Of a DNA stretch of 64,000 nt, positions 38,387 to 51,564 are shown piece by piece. The stretch comes from Eledone cirrhosa. Lineage: Eukaryota. Made by a program: the position numbers and the translations under genes. The DNA lies in the NCBI GenBank assembly GCA_964016885.1, contig OZ024741.1, positions 335,296,001 through 335,360,000 of the forward strand, written 5' to 3'. The notes under the pieces were generated by a model. It saw only the letters and a list, made by a program, of their open reading frames with translations, made no database searches and had not been told where the DNA came from. Each line of letters opens with the position of its first letter. Within the stretch, counting starts at the first letter, position 1.

Positions 38387-38930
38387 ATGATTTTCTTTTG
38401 GTCGTTTTGGAAGCCTCAACAATGCAGATGGGTAAATCTCCAGGTAACAGAATCCGGTGGTGAAGAGAGAGATGTAAGGGAATGTAGAATGAGATGTATA
38501 GTGTGTAGAGGAACGTAGGAAAAAGCGTAAAAAATAAAAATAATAACACGAGATAGAGTTACCTTGGGAGAGATTTAATTGTCCCTATATTTCGAATTCC
38601 CATCAATCAACTGGGGGAGTTTTCCAGTGGAGGAAAGTTATCTGCTGGAGAGGAGCAGTATGTGGCCTCTGCTGTCCGCGATTTGTGTTACACACAAAAA
38701 TACAGTTTTATTTTTTACGTTCTTTCCTACGTTCCTCTACACACTATTCATCTCATTCTACATTCCCTTACATCTCTCTCTTCACCACCGGATTCTGTTA
38801 CCCAGAGATTTACCCATCTGCATTGTTGAGGCTTCCAAAACGACCAAAAAAAAATCTTATTATTCCACAATGCTTCAAGCAAACTTCAATACTCTCTTAT
38901 ATATCTTCAATACTCAATATATACCTTCAA
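38387..38930 (+). mobile_element. Tailed fold-back element in (TA)n
   Basis: About 150-bp inverted arms 38387-38539 / 38706-38856, ~165-bp spacer, unpaired tail 38857-38930, TA runs on both sides. Confidence 0.75.
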
Positions 38931-39447
38931 TATATATATATATATAAAGTGAGAGAGAGAGAGCTGTAGCTTCTGATGGAGACATAAGGGTTCTGCAGTG
39001 AAATATGACATGTCTTAGGGACACCTATGTCTCAATCAGTTACAGCCTCCACTCTCTCTCTATATATATAAATCTGGTGTAGCCCAACCTCTCTTCACAT
39101 CTGAACACAGCTGATTTTTTTCCATAGAAGGAGAGTAAGAGAGAGACAGAGAAAGAGGAAGTGAACAGGGATATAGGGGAAGAATTGACCCCACCACTGG
39201 ATGCTAAACCTCAAAAGGATGAAATCAAAGTTAAACTCAGAGTGCAAAGACCTGGAACAAATACTGCAAAGCATTCTATTCTGTCATATATAAATACTTG
39301 CATATATATATATATATACACTCATACACACACACATATATATACATATGTATATCTGTGTATATGCGGAAAGTAATCATAAAAAAACACAACAAACGAT
39401 GAAGTACAATGAAGATATATATTAGTTTAATGCTTCATAAATATACT

Positions 39448-39484
<37 letters not shown>

Positions 39485-39993
39485 ATATATTGTTATATTT
39501 AAAAAAATATTGTCTACAAACAAAGATGCTAACTTTTCAATCTCTAATAAAGTATCATATATAAAAAGAGAAAAAAAACAAAAAACACAAAAGAAAACAC
39601 TAACCTACAACAAATCTTTTATAGCCAAATAACAGTTCATTCTTTCATGTCTTTTTTTTTTATATACATATATATATTGTTATCTTCTTTCAGTAAGTAA
39701 CATGTTAATTCTTGGCAGAGTCACTCTTCATAGCTATTCACACCAATTGAAGGAGGCGCTAGCTGCTTTAGAAGAATGATTCTTTTGATTATTGTCAGCT
39801 TTCTTTACTTTTTGCATTTGTTCTTTCAAATGCCTGCATCTTTCTTCTGACAAACAACTGGAGTAGAACCAATATTTAGCACATCATAATTTCTGCATCG
39901 TTTGTTCAGTCACACTAACCCCTGACAACACTTTTTTTTTGTACATTGCTTTTGTTATTTGTAGGTTTTTTTCTTCTTTTTATGTATATGTGT

Positions 39994-40025
<32 letters not shown>

Positions 40026-40042
40026 GTATATATGTATATATG

Positions 40043-40074
<32 letters not shown>

Positions 40075-40481
40075 AGTGTGTGTGTTTGGTTCCTTTTTAC
40101 TTTGGTGATCTTTACATGTCATTGATTCAATGCCATGCGATGCATACATATCTATGTCGACAATATCTTCATGGCATTTGTGTTGAATCAAATAAAATAT
40201 CTGCCATATTTACAGGCTAGTTGCCCTACTTTACCTGGTCATGCATTGCTCTTGTTGGTTTTTATGGTTTTTTGCTTCTATTCTATAACCAAATAATTCT
40301 TCACAACAGTTCTTCTAACATTCTCTGCTTACTCACTTCTATCCCTTCTCCACCTCACCTCCCCTCATATATATATATATATATATACATATATATGTAT
40401 ACTCTCTCTCTATATATATATATAGACATATATATATTATGATATTTACATATATATACACACATATATTTACATATGTAC

Positions 40482-40522
<41 letters not shown>

Positions 40523-40529
40523 CATACAT

Positions 40530-40604
<75 letters not shown>

Positions 40605-41139
40605 TAGATATATATGTATGTATATATGTATGTATGTATGTATGTATTTCAGCATGCCTCAGAAAATGTTTTTGTTCAATTTTATAAACATTACACTGAT
40701 AGCATTTCTTCATAGTAATTCTTGTGTAGCTCAGTGGGATATCTCAATATTTGTCCGAAACACTGAGATATATGTCAGATATGTCAGATATCTTGCTACA
40801 TTTGGCTCATCAAACAAGAGCAAGAAATCTGGCGGGTTTGCGTGGAAAGAAAATATGCAGACTAAAAGTCATTTCTTTTGACAGTTTGCATCAAAGATTG
40901 CACCAGCCAAATATGATCAATATACATGCTATTCAAAACTAAGCAGCTTTTCAAAGTTTCCAATAAATCGGTTTCCTCTATCAGTTATCTTCTTAAAATA
41001 GAGCCTGTCCTTGATGGTGTTGTCATTTCCAGAAGGCTTGGATAGATGGGCAGTGATTTTTTCAGACAACAACACTGATACATTTTTACAAGTGTTTGTC
41101 TCTATTTCTAAATAGCCAACTAACCAACAAACTATTATA

Positions 41140-41870
41140 ACACTTACATACAATCCTGCTGTCTACTGAGTGCATCTTATTATAACACCAGCACTAGAGA
41201 GGTTTCTTTTCTTTGACACAACAGATGAAACTTCCCAACCTTTTGTTTAGCAAGTTTTCTATAACTCTATACCCTTCCTATCACCAACCACTTTACAGAG
41301 TGTACTGGGTGCATTTATCATGCAGATCATCAAAACTAGAGAAGTTGTTATGTCTTTGACACAAGAAGGCTTAGGTAGGTTGACAGTATTTTGTAACTGT
41401 TTGTCTTTATTTTTAAATATACAACCAACCAAACAACTAATTAGGCAACAGATTTTCCCTTCCTCTTTTTACTTAACATCATTTACATTAATTTTTATAT
41501 TTCATGCCATTGATATTATCGTTCCTCACTTCCTGCCTTAATTATGTGTGGACAGTTTTGCAGTCATCATCATTATCATTTAATATCCATTTTCCCTGAT
41601 AGCAAAGGTTGTATGGATCTTCACAGCAGGGATATTGACCACTCAGATGAACCAGGTTTCTGCATATCACTTACATACAATCCTGCTGTCTGCTGAATGC
41701 ATTTTATTGTGGCACTAGCACAACTGATCAATTGTTCCAAGCCTTTGTTTAGCAAGTTTTCTATAGCTCTATACACTTCCTATTACCAGCTACTTTACAG
41801 AATGTACTGGGTGTGTTTCTCATGTAGATCACCAAAACCAGGGAAGTTGTTATGTCTCTGACACAACTGA
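41140..41870 (-). repeat. Local duplication of an RTE-3'UTR-like remnant (about 41140-41365 and 41668-41866)
   Basis: cacttacatacaatcctgctgtct..., tttgtttagcaagttttctata..., gaagttgttatgtct.tgacacaa each occur twice. Confidence 0.7.
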
Positions 41871-42973
41871 AGATTCCTTTTAACTCTTTATGTGATTCTT
41901 AAATTCCTATTTTCAGAACTGGACCTAATTAGCTAAATGTTTCATAGTATAATTTTTGCGGATCTATCCCATGATTCAGTTGTAAATGCAAGTTAGTTCC
42001 AAACCAACTTGAATATCAAAACTTTTAAAAGCCAACAAACAAAGCAGCTTAACAATAAAAATCCAGGTTATTTATTCTGTAGAGCAGAGGTTTCTGATAG
42101 TAAAGAAACAGTTAATTCCTGTCTATCAACTTCTCACTCCTTTTTTTGTTTTATTTGTTTTAACTTAAGCTTCAGATTAATTTTAAGGATTGGAAATATT
42201 GATCTATCTTGAGCTCTTTCTTCTCTTTTCTGATTAAGCTATGGGGAAAAATATTAGGAGATCTTATTTGAAAATTGGGAAGGAATTTCTTTTTGTTTCA
42301 CAACTTTCTAACCTCTAAATTGGTTTTGTGTATTTTTATAGCCACTGTAAAGACAAATGATTTAAAACTCTGAAACAAATCCAGGAAAGAGAGATTAATG
42401 CTTGATTCAGGCTGGATGATGTGGGGAAGGAATGTGAATGAAAAGTCCATGAGATAGAGTGAGAGAAAGAATGGGAGAGAGAGGGGAGAGAGAGAAAGAT
42501 GGGTTGGGAGATAGAAGATAATTCTAAATAGAGAATTATTCTAAGAATTGGGTTCTTGTCTATTTTCCCCTTTTTATAATCTATTTTCATTTTGTATTAA
42601 TTTTGTTCCTCTTAAAACTACTACATTAGATACATTTTTTTTTTTTTTTGTATTTTCCATGTCTATGATGGTTTGTTGAAATACTCTGTATGTATGAAGG
42701 CTGTTGAAACGGATCATTATTATTTGATCACGAAAATTAAATAACATTTATTTAATTATGGAATTTAATCTAATAGTATGCGAGATCCTATAGCAAATTT
42801 AGTGAAATATTAATTGTAACTGTAATGCAACACTTGCTTCAAGCAATGTAATAATTGAGTAGGAGCAGAAAATAAATATATATACATAAATAAATAAATA
42901 AATAAGTATATATATACACATATATATAAAAAATATGTATATGTATGTAAAATATATATATGTATAAAATATG

Positions 42974-43040
<67 letters not shown>

Positions 43041-43346
43041 TATATATTATATGTATATATAACAAACATGAAGATAGAATGATTTCTATGTGAAGGTTTT
43101 TGTATACACTTCATTTAATTATATTGAAAGCATTCTGTTGCAGCAGTGGTTTATATTTCAATTAATTAGTAGATATTCTTAATATAAAGCAATCTTTTAA
43201 TTATGAGAAGAAAAATATTTCAATAATTTGCAAAAATTGATCTATATTAAAAATAATAAAAATAATAAAAACAAAACAAACAAAAAATAAAACAAAATAA
43301 AACACACAAACAACAAGAACGACGATGAAGTCGATGATGATGATGG

Positions 43347-43427
43347 TAATAATAATAATAACAATAATAATAATAACAATAATAATAATAACAATAATAA
43401 TAATAACAATAATAATAATAATAATAA
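43347..43427. repeat. (AAT)n microsatellite with 15-bp higher-order unit (aat)4aac
   Basis: Direct reading. Confidence 0.85.
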
Positions 43428-43920
43428 TTTCAATGCAAAAATGTAATGAAATAAAAAAATTGAAATAAAATGAATTAATGAGATTGGATCAATAAACAAC
43501 TAAATAAATATAAATAAATTTAAAAAAATAAATTATAAAAAATAAATAAATAAAATAAATGAATAAATAAATGAATGTGGAGGAAAAATAATCAATATTT
43601 TTTAATAATGAACTGTTTATTTAAAAATCCAACAATCACTCGGAATTTATACGCTGTATAAATAATTAAAGTGGAAAAGTAAATACAAGAGAAGGAAATT
43701 AAGAGTTGGAAATGTGACGAAGCTTCTAACATACATCTTGTTTCTTTCTTTCTCCTTCAGAGTAAAGATTTTAGGCAAACATACAAACTCACATACATAC
43801 ATGCACATATATATATATATATGTGTGTCTGTGTGCACATACATACACATATATACAGTCAGACACATATGCATATATACAGTTACATGCAAGAAAACAT
43901 AAACAAACACACACACACAT

Positions 43921-43961
<41 letters not shown>

Positions 43962-45964
43962 TACACATGTAAATATATATACATTTGCATATACATACAA
44001 TTATCCAGAGTCAGATACATATACACATACACAATCACATGCAAGTATATGTACACAATTTTACTCAGATGCACACACACACATATATATATATAAATAT
44101 ACATGTGCATGCACACATACACACACATAGAAATATCTATACAAGTGCCTGCATGCACACGCACACACACATTTATATATATATATACAATCAGTTGCAT
44201 GTACACATATACAATCATACTTTAGTGCATACACACAAGTGCACACACACACACAATTCGAGACAAGTCCACACACATATATACACAAACAACATTGCAA
44301 CTGTGAGAAGAGTGCAGATGTGCAAGAACGCTTGTGTGTGCCCATTCACACATACATGTACACATATATTTACATACACACATGCTCACACACACATACA
44401 TATATATTTTTATACATTTGCATGCACAAACACTGTTATATTTACATACATACTTTAACATATGCATATTTGCATAATTTTTACACACGCATGCATCTAC
44501 ACACATTTGTAGATAATTACGCATACACATTATCATCATCATCATCTTTAACATCTACCCGCCATGTTAGCCCACACATTCATAACTGTACAAATACACA
44601 CAGATATACGCACTGTAACACATATTGGATGAACACATACACACAAACATATTTTCACACTCACAAAACTGCACATATATGAAACCATATATACAAGTAC
44701 ATACACATACAAATAATAAATTTTTTTTAAAAATCCCAGTATTATTCCTCTGAAAATGTAATAAGACACTTTACAAGAACTATTTACTCATACCAAATTA
44801 TGGTTAAAATTTCCCCTGGTTTCTTCTTGGCTCTTTACTTTACCCAAAATATGGTTAAAATTTTCCTTGTTTTTTTTCCTTCATTTGCTTTACATGAAAT
44901 ACTTTTGAAAATTTCTCTTGCAGCTTCAAGTTTACCACATTTTGAATATTATGTTCTATCCACCAATAGAACACCTTTTCTACCCTTTAGACAATGCAAA
45001 GTGTGGAATAAATTGGGGAATTAGAATGTTGAATAGAATGCTTTATGATATTTGTTCCATTTCTTTTTGCTCAGATCTCAAATCTCGTTGAGGCTAACTT
45101 TTCTTTTCATCCTTCCTAGGTTAATAAATGAAGTGCCAGTTGAGTACTGGAGTAGTTTGTTCTATATCTTCTCACTTTATTGGTTTGCCATGCTCAGAGC
45201 TCAAGTCTCACCGAGGTCAACTTTGTCTTTCATCTTTTTGAGGTGAATAAAGTACCAGTCATGTACTGGTGTTGATTCTTCTTCTATATCTCTTTCTCAC
45301 TTTGTTGGTTTTTGGTGCTCAGTGTTAAAATCTCACTAAGGTTAATTTTGTTTTTCATCCTTTTGGGGTAAATAAAGTACCAGTCAAGTACTGGCATCAA
45401 TTCTGTCTGTCTTTCTTTCTGACTTCATCATATTCATTTCCTAACTCTCTCTGAAAGATATCAGTTGTATTTAGACCTGGAGAGGTATGGGTCCTATCAG
45501 GAGTCCAAGGTCCATGGGCCATGCATTCATCCAAATAGTAATAGTTTGTAAAACATTACTACAAAGCTACTCATTGTTCAAGAAGCAAGCATTTTACTGC
45601 TACTTTCAAACAAAAACTAATTCCCAGTAGATTAGGACATTTGAAGGTCAAATGTAGCCAAAGCTCACAAAAAGCGATGGTCTCTCTCCCAGTTATCCTC
45701 CACTGATTTACGGGTGAATACTCAGAGTATGCCCATTCACTCAGACCATGTTTGCCACTCTCACCTACCTTTTAACAAACTGCTACTTTATTTTATCAAC
45801 CTCGGAAGATTGATGGGTAAAGTTGATCTCGAATAATAATAATAACAATAATAATAATAATGGGGTTAATTTCTTTTATTTGATACAAGGACATTGGATG
45901 AAGGAGATATTAGAAAGATAAGTTGCAACATGAAGTTGGGGGTTTTACATAGAAATGAGAAAAG

Positions 45965-46467
45965 AATATAAAAATAATAATTGTTTCTACTTTTGACACA
46001 AGGCCAGCTATTACCCCAGTGTATTACTGGTACTTTATTTTATCGACTCCGTAAGGATGAAAGGCAAAGTTAACCTCGGCGGGATTTGAACTCAGAATGG
46101 CAAGGGCCATAACTCAATGCATCAAAGCATGGCGTCCGACCCTCTACCGATACTGCCAATTCACCGCCCTATAATATAAAAATAATAATTGTTTCTACTT
46201 TAGGCACAAGGCCAGCAATTACCCAGTGCATTACTGATACTTTATTTTATCGACCCCATAAGGATGAAAGCCAAAGTCAACCTCGGCAGGATTTGAACTC
46301 AGATCGTAAAGGGATGTAACTATGCTGGAAAGCATGGCGTCCGACCCACCAATGATGCTGATAATGATAATTGTTTCTACTTTTGTCACAAGGCCAGCAA
46401 TGATCCTAGTGTATTACTGGTACTTTATTTTATCGCCCTCGTAAGGATCAAAGGCAAAGTTAACCTC
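45965..46467 (-). mobile_element. Three head-to-tail SINE family 1 copies
   Basis: Units start ttgtttctact at 45981, 46189 and 46371; aatataaaaataataa duplicated at 45965 and 46173. Confidence 0.85.
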
Positions 46468-46475
46468 AATGATGG

Positions 46476-46697
46476 TTAACCCTTTAGCATTTAAGCTGGC
46501 CATATCCGTCCAGAATTCTTTCACCTCTTTCTGTTCAAACTGGCGATAACTGGCTGCTTATACTGATGTTAAGGTATTGTTCTCAAAATAAATAACATCA
46601 AAATCTTATAGGTTCTATGAGATAATTATGTGAGATAAAGCCTTTACCACGAAAATACAATAGTATATATAGAGTAATGAAAATGCTAAGGGGTTAA
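46476..46697. mobile_element. piggyBac-type MITE
   Basis: TTAAccctttagcattt ... aaatgctaaggggTTAA. Confidence 0.85.
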
Positions 46698-46979
46698 AGA
46701 AACCCTTGGTATTGTACTTTTATGACATACATTTATTTATTGGTGTAAATGTTTGTTGGAAATAGTAAAGCTCACTTTTCCTTGTTTGAGATTGTTAAAC
46801 ATGTTGTCAGTTGGAGAAGTTAAGGCTTTTTATTTCTCATCCATGTGACTTGGAAACTGTTCTGCTATTGGCTAAAGCAGCAGCAGCCAACATCATCATC
46901 ATCATCATCATAGACAAATAATAAACACCACTTTGATAGGACTGCAGACCTGTGTGTGTGTGTGTCTTTTATTTACACA

Positions 46980-47595
46980 CACACCATCACCGCCATCACA
47001 AACACCACCACCATCACCACTACAACCAACACCACAACAATCTGTACAACTTCAACCAACAGCACAACTACAAGAACAATAACCATCACCACTACCACCC
47101 ATACAACTTCCACTACTACTACTGCCATCACCACCACACCATCATCATCACCCATCTACTTACAACCACAATCATTTACAACCATTGTTATAGTTACCAC
47201 TACCATCACTACCACCTAAAATCACTATGACCACTCAGTCACCACTACCACTACCACCACCTATAACCACTACAATCACCACCACCACCATCTATTACCA
47301 CTATGGCCACTGCTGCCCACACCACCACCTACCACCACCACTTTAACAACTACAGTGATCACCACTACAGTCAACACCACCATTACTACCACCACCACAA
47401 CCATCACCACCACCACTACCACCACCACCACTACAACCACTACCACCACCACTACCACCACCACCACCACCCCTACCACCACTACAACCACTACCACCAT
47501 GGACCTAACCAAGCTGAGTAACATCAGCACTGACAGCAGCAGCAGCAGAGCAGCAACAGCAGCAGTAGAAACAAGCGCAGCAGCAGCAGCAGTAG
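46980..47595. repeat. Degenerate (ACC/ACT)n then (CAG)n low-complexity tract
   Basis: Direct reading. Confidence 0.9.
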
Positions 47596-47807
47596 TCAGT
47601 GTACTAGAGAGAACTCTACAACAGGATACACACATTTCTCATCTAACAACGACACATAACATAACATAGGCGGATTTATTGACACATGTAAGTAGCTTCT
47701 TTTCACTTTTCTTCTTTCTCTTCTTTTTACTTCTCTTAAGAATTTCTTTTTGTCAGTCATCTGGGTATACATAAATATATATACATATATATATACATAT
47801 ATATATT

Positions 47808-47842
<35 letters not shown>

Positions 47843-47847
<5 letters not shown>

Positions 47848-48210
47848 TTAAGCCAAAATCTCAATTTGGGGGTATATAAGCTAGACTGACTAAAATAAGT
47901 AAATTTTACTCACAAAAAGTATTTTTTGAAAATAACTTTTAATTTATATATATGTATATATATATATTCATTTTATTAAGGCTAAATAGAAAGTCTTGTT
48001 ACTCTGGAGTTTCGCCTGTTTATCATAGGGTCATCACACAAGAACTCTTAGAACTATTTAGCCTTAATAAAATGAATATTAAAAAACTATATATATATAT
48101 GTTAAATTTAAGCCAAAATCTTGTTTTGGGGAGATATAAGGTACTAGACTGACTAAAACAAGTCAATTTTACTCATAACTCTTTTTAAAAAATAACTTTT
48201 TAATTAATAT
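47843..48210. repeat. Direct duplication of ~105 bp (47843-47950, 48103-48210)
   Basis: taagccaaaatct...tagactgactaaaa.aagt.aattttactca...aaaataactttt occurs twice. Confidence 0.75.
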
Positions 48211-48339
48211 ATATACATATATATATATTTGGGAAATGAGATCTTTAATATATCTCATAAAAAATAATACAACCAGTTATCCACACAATACAATATAGTT
48301 AGCACTCCAAACGTTTAATTGGGAATATACACATATATT

Positions 48340-48388
<49 letters not shown>

Positions 48389-48393
<5 letters not shown>

Positions 48394-48593
48394 AACGAGT
48401 AGGACCCTGACGGCTGAGCTCAAGCCGTTTCGACGGCTAATTCTGGACAGAATTCTGGACAGAATTAGCCGTCGAAACGGCTTGAGCTCAGCTGTCGGGG
48501 TCCTACTCGTTCCTATTACCCACTCTACTACCCTAAGTATTAAGTACTTTGGTGCGTTATGGTCCATCTGGTTCCTTACCACATTTCCTTCGT
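48389..48593 (+). mobile_element. Tailed hairpin element, family A, copy 2
   Basis: Hairpin 48389-48516 with a 12-bp duplicated centre (aattctggacag x2) + tail, within (TA)n. Confidence 0.8.
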
Positions 48594-49776
48594 TATATAT
48601 ATATATATATATTTCCCATTCCACCTGATTTGGGGTTCTTTGTTTGTTATTTGGTGGGGAAAGGATATTATTTAGTTGGATATTTGTTTTGCTATGTATA
48701 TTTTTTTTTATTTCAGTTTATTTTAAGCTACCTAATCTCTTTTTTTTTTCTTTTTTCTTTCTTGTCTTTTTAAAATTTCTTGTTTTGTTTTTTTTTAAAT
48801 TAACAAACTATTAAGATATAGGTGAATTTTATAACTTTCTATGAAAATAGGGTTTAGATAAATTTTAATAAATATAAATGATAATACAATTAATGGACAT
48901 AAATACAATTAGAAGAAGATTCAGGTGATTCAAATATTTTTTAGAAAACTTTAATTCATCTGATGCAGTAGTTTTCAACCTTTTCAATATTAAAGATCCT
49001 GTTTAGTTAAATGAATTCCCTGCCCCCAACTCACTGATCCCAGACTTTTGAAATATTGCTCTACTCAACAAGCTTGTAGAATTCCAGCATCACTTTTGTG
49101 GATTTCTGCTAGAGGCCTGTGAACCACAGATTGGTGTTAAGTGTTTAGTTCTTCAAACACATCCACAGATATTCAAAAACCTTGGGCACATCATCACGTC
49201 AGTGATGTATCCTAGAGTCAGTGGGTACTTCAGGTGTTTACAACATACACCCTCATCCAGGTGATGCATCTGAAGAAGTTTACTAAACCTTAGACTGTGT
49301 CTGGGTGGCACACTACTGTCCTTAAATGTGGCTTGATGTGTATATCAACAGCCGGACTAAAGTGTCATTTAAGGTATAACTATAAAAAATTGAGCTGTGA
49401 AGACTGTTGGCACCTCATACGGTGATATATGACAGGAGAGTCTGTCATATATATATATCATCATCATTTCTATGTCAAATTTTTGATGCTGGCATGGGTC
49501 AGATAAGACTTCTTGAGGCATTGTTTTATATGTATATATATGTGTGTGTCCATGTTTACATTTGTGTCCGTGCCTGCGTTCATATCCTGTAACTTAACAG
49601 TTCAACAAAAAGAGATCATTGAAATAAGCACCAGACTTAAAAAACAAAAGCACTGGGGTTGATATAAAATTGAACAGATCAAGCTGGTCAAATGGTCAAA
49701 TGACGGAGAAGTGTGAAAGAATATTAGGATATTACCCTCAACACAAGTATTTAGGTTCATCTTATTATACGTAGAA

Positions 49777-50110
49777 GCACATTGATTGCCTATTGGTTAG
49801 GGTGTTGGATTTGCAATCATAATGTTGTGGGTTTAATTCCTGGACTGGGTTGTGTGTTGTGTTCTTTAGCAAAACACTTCATTCCATGTATACTCAGCTA
49901 AAAATAAAGCTGAGGGTTTAACCCTGTGATGGAAAGGCATTCTGTGTAGGGTCCAGGGAGTCTTGTAATCTCAGTTGCTTCACACCACAGAAACCGGGAT
50001 GAATACTGGGCTCAAGACAAACTTTAACCCTACGATGGACTGACATCCTGTCCAGGGAGTAGTCTTGTGCTCTCAGTTGCTTAATGCCACAGGAACAGAC
50101 ATAAGCATCA
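49777..50110 (+). mobile_element. SINE family 2 with duplicated 3' part
   Basis: ttggttagggtg..gtttaattcctggac..agcaaaacacttcattccatg; taaccct.tgatgga...gtcttgt..tctcagttgctt occurs twice. Confidence 0.65.
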
Positions 50111-50170
50111 ATCTGACTTTAGACTTTTTTTTATGACTATTGTAACAAATTTTAACAAAATATAACAGTT

Positions 50171-50853
50171 AATAAGAGATAATTGTTTCTACTTTTTGGC
50201 ACAAGGTCAGCAATGACCCAATGCATTACTGGTACTTTATTTTATCGACCCCGTAAGGATGAAAGGCAAAGTTAACCTCGGCGGGATTTGAACTCAGAAT
50301 GGCAAGGGCCATAAATAAGAGATAATTGTTTCTACTTTTTGGCACAAGGTCAGCAATTACCCAGTGCATTACTGGTACTTTATTTTATCGAGCCCGTAAG
50401 GATGAAAGGCAAAGTTAACCTCATCGGGATTTGAACTCAGTTCATAAAGGGAGGTGTTAAGAGATAATTGTTTCTACTTTAGGCACAAGGCCAGCAATAA
50501 CTCAGTGCATTACTGATACTTTATTTTATTGAGCCCGTAAGGATGAAAGGCAAAGTTAACCTTGGCGGGATTTGAACTCAGATCGTAAAGGGACGTAACT
50601 ATGTTGGAAAGCATGGCATCCGACCCTCTACCGATACTGCCAATCCTCCGAGGTGTTAAGAGATAATTGTTTCTACGTTAGGCACAAGGCCAGCAATTAC
50701 CCAGTGCATTACTGGTACTTTATTTTATCGACCCCGTAAGGATGAAAGGCAAAGTTAACCTTGGCGGGATTTGAACTCAGAATGGCAAGGGCCGTAACTC
50801 TATACGTCAAAGCATGGCATCCGACCCTCTACCGATACTGCCAAAGAGATAAT
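50171..50853 (-). mobile_element. Four stacked SINE family 1 copies separated by target-site duplications
   Basis: aagagataat at five positions (50174, 50317, 50459, 50658, 50844) delimits four differently truncated copies of two subtypes. Confidence 0.9.
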
Positions 50854-51208
50854 GTTACTGATACAGGGTACAAGTTAACATTTCTAAATAGGAGGAAATA
50901 TATCTTAACAAGATATACTTTTGATTTTTTATTTGGGAGTGTGCTACTTCTTCAACCTTAACTCTTTCCTTCCTTCCTTCTCATTTATTTATGTTTTTTT
51001 TTTATATTTTACCTGCCTCCTGCCTTTTCTTTTTACTTCTTCATTATTTCCTTGTTTTTTTTTCTTTTTTGTTAAGTTTCATTTTTTTTTCTTTCTGATT
51101 CTCTTTCATTTTCCTATTTATCTATCTATTTTTCAGCCTGTCTATTTATTTATCCATCTATCTATATTATAATGCCAAAAACTATGAGCACAACAAATGA
51201 GAATAAAA

Positions 51209-51243
<35 letters not shown>

Positions 51244-51290
51244 CATATATATATATATATATACACACACATACACACACACACACATAT

Positions 51291-51337
<47 letters not shown>

Positions 51338-51564
51338 TATATATATTGCAGTTCAAACCCACGAAATACTAGACTTTTTTAGAGGAGGCCTTTACTCACC
51401 TTGTCATAGCTACATCACTTGGTTGTGAGAGTTTTCTTGGGGGCTACAGGTGTCACCCATTACTCCATCTCCCCTAGTAGTTTACTGGTGTTGGTCCAGG
51501 GCTGGTTATTTATCCGGCAGTTGCTCACTTATATCGCAACTAGCCATCATATCCTTTAGCTGTA

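Noticed and set aside
39700-41060. Coding-like segments (39700-39930, 40800-41060), possibly a decayed transposase
   Set aside because: Multiple stops and no motif I can identify; needs TBLASTN
43647-44769. Many YI/HT/CV-rich ORFs here and throughout the window
   Set aside because: Translations of (TA)n, (CA)n and (TG)n microsatellites
46952-47669. Mucin-like poly-Thr or poly-His ORFs
   Set aside because: Open in several frames because (ACC)n lacks stops; no signal peptide or acceptor evidence
50171-50853. CRISPR-like repeat/spacer appearance (also 62615-62948)
   Set aside because: Eukaryotic context, spacers are homologous SINEs or minisatellite units, no cas genes
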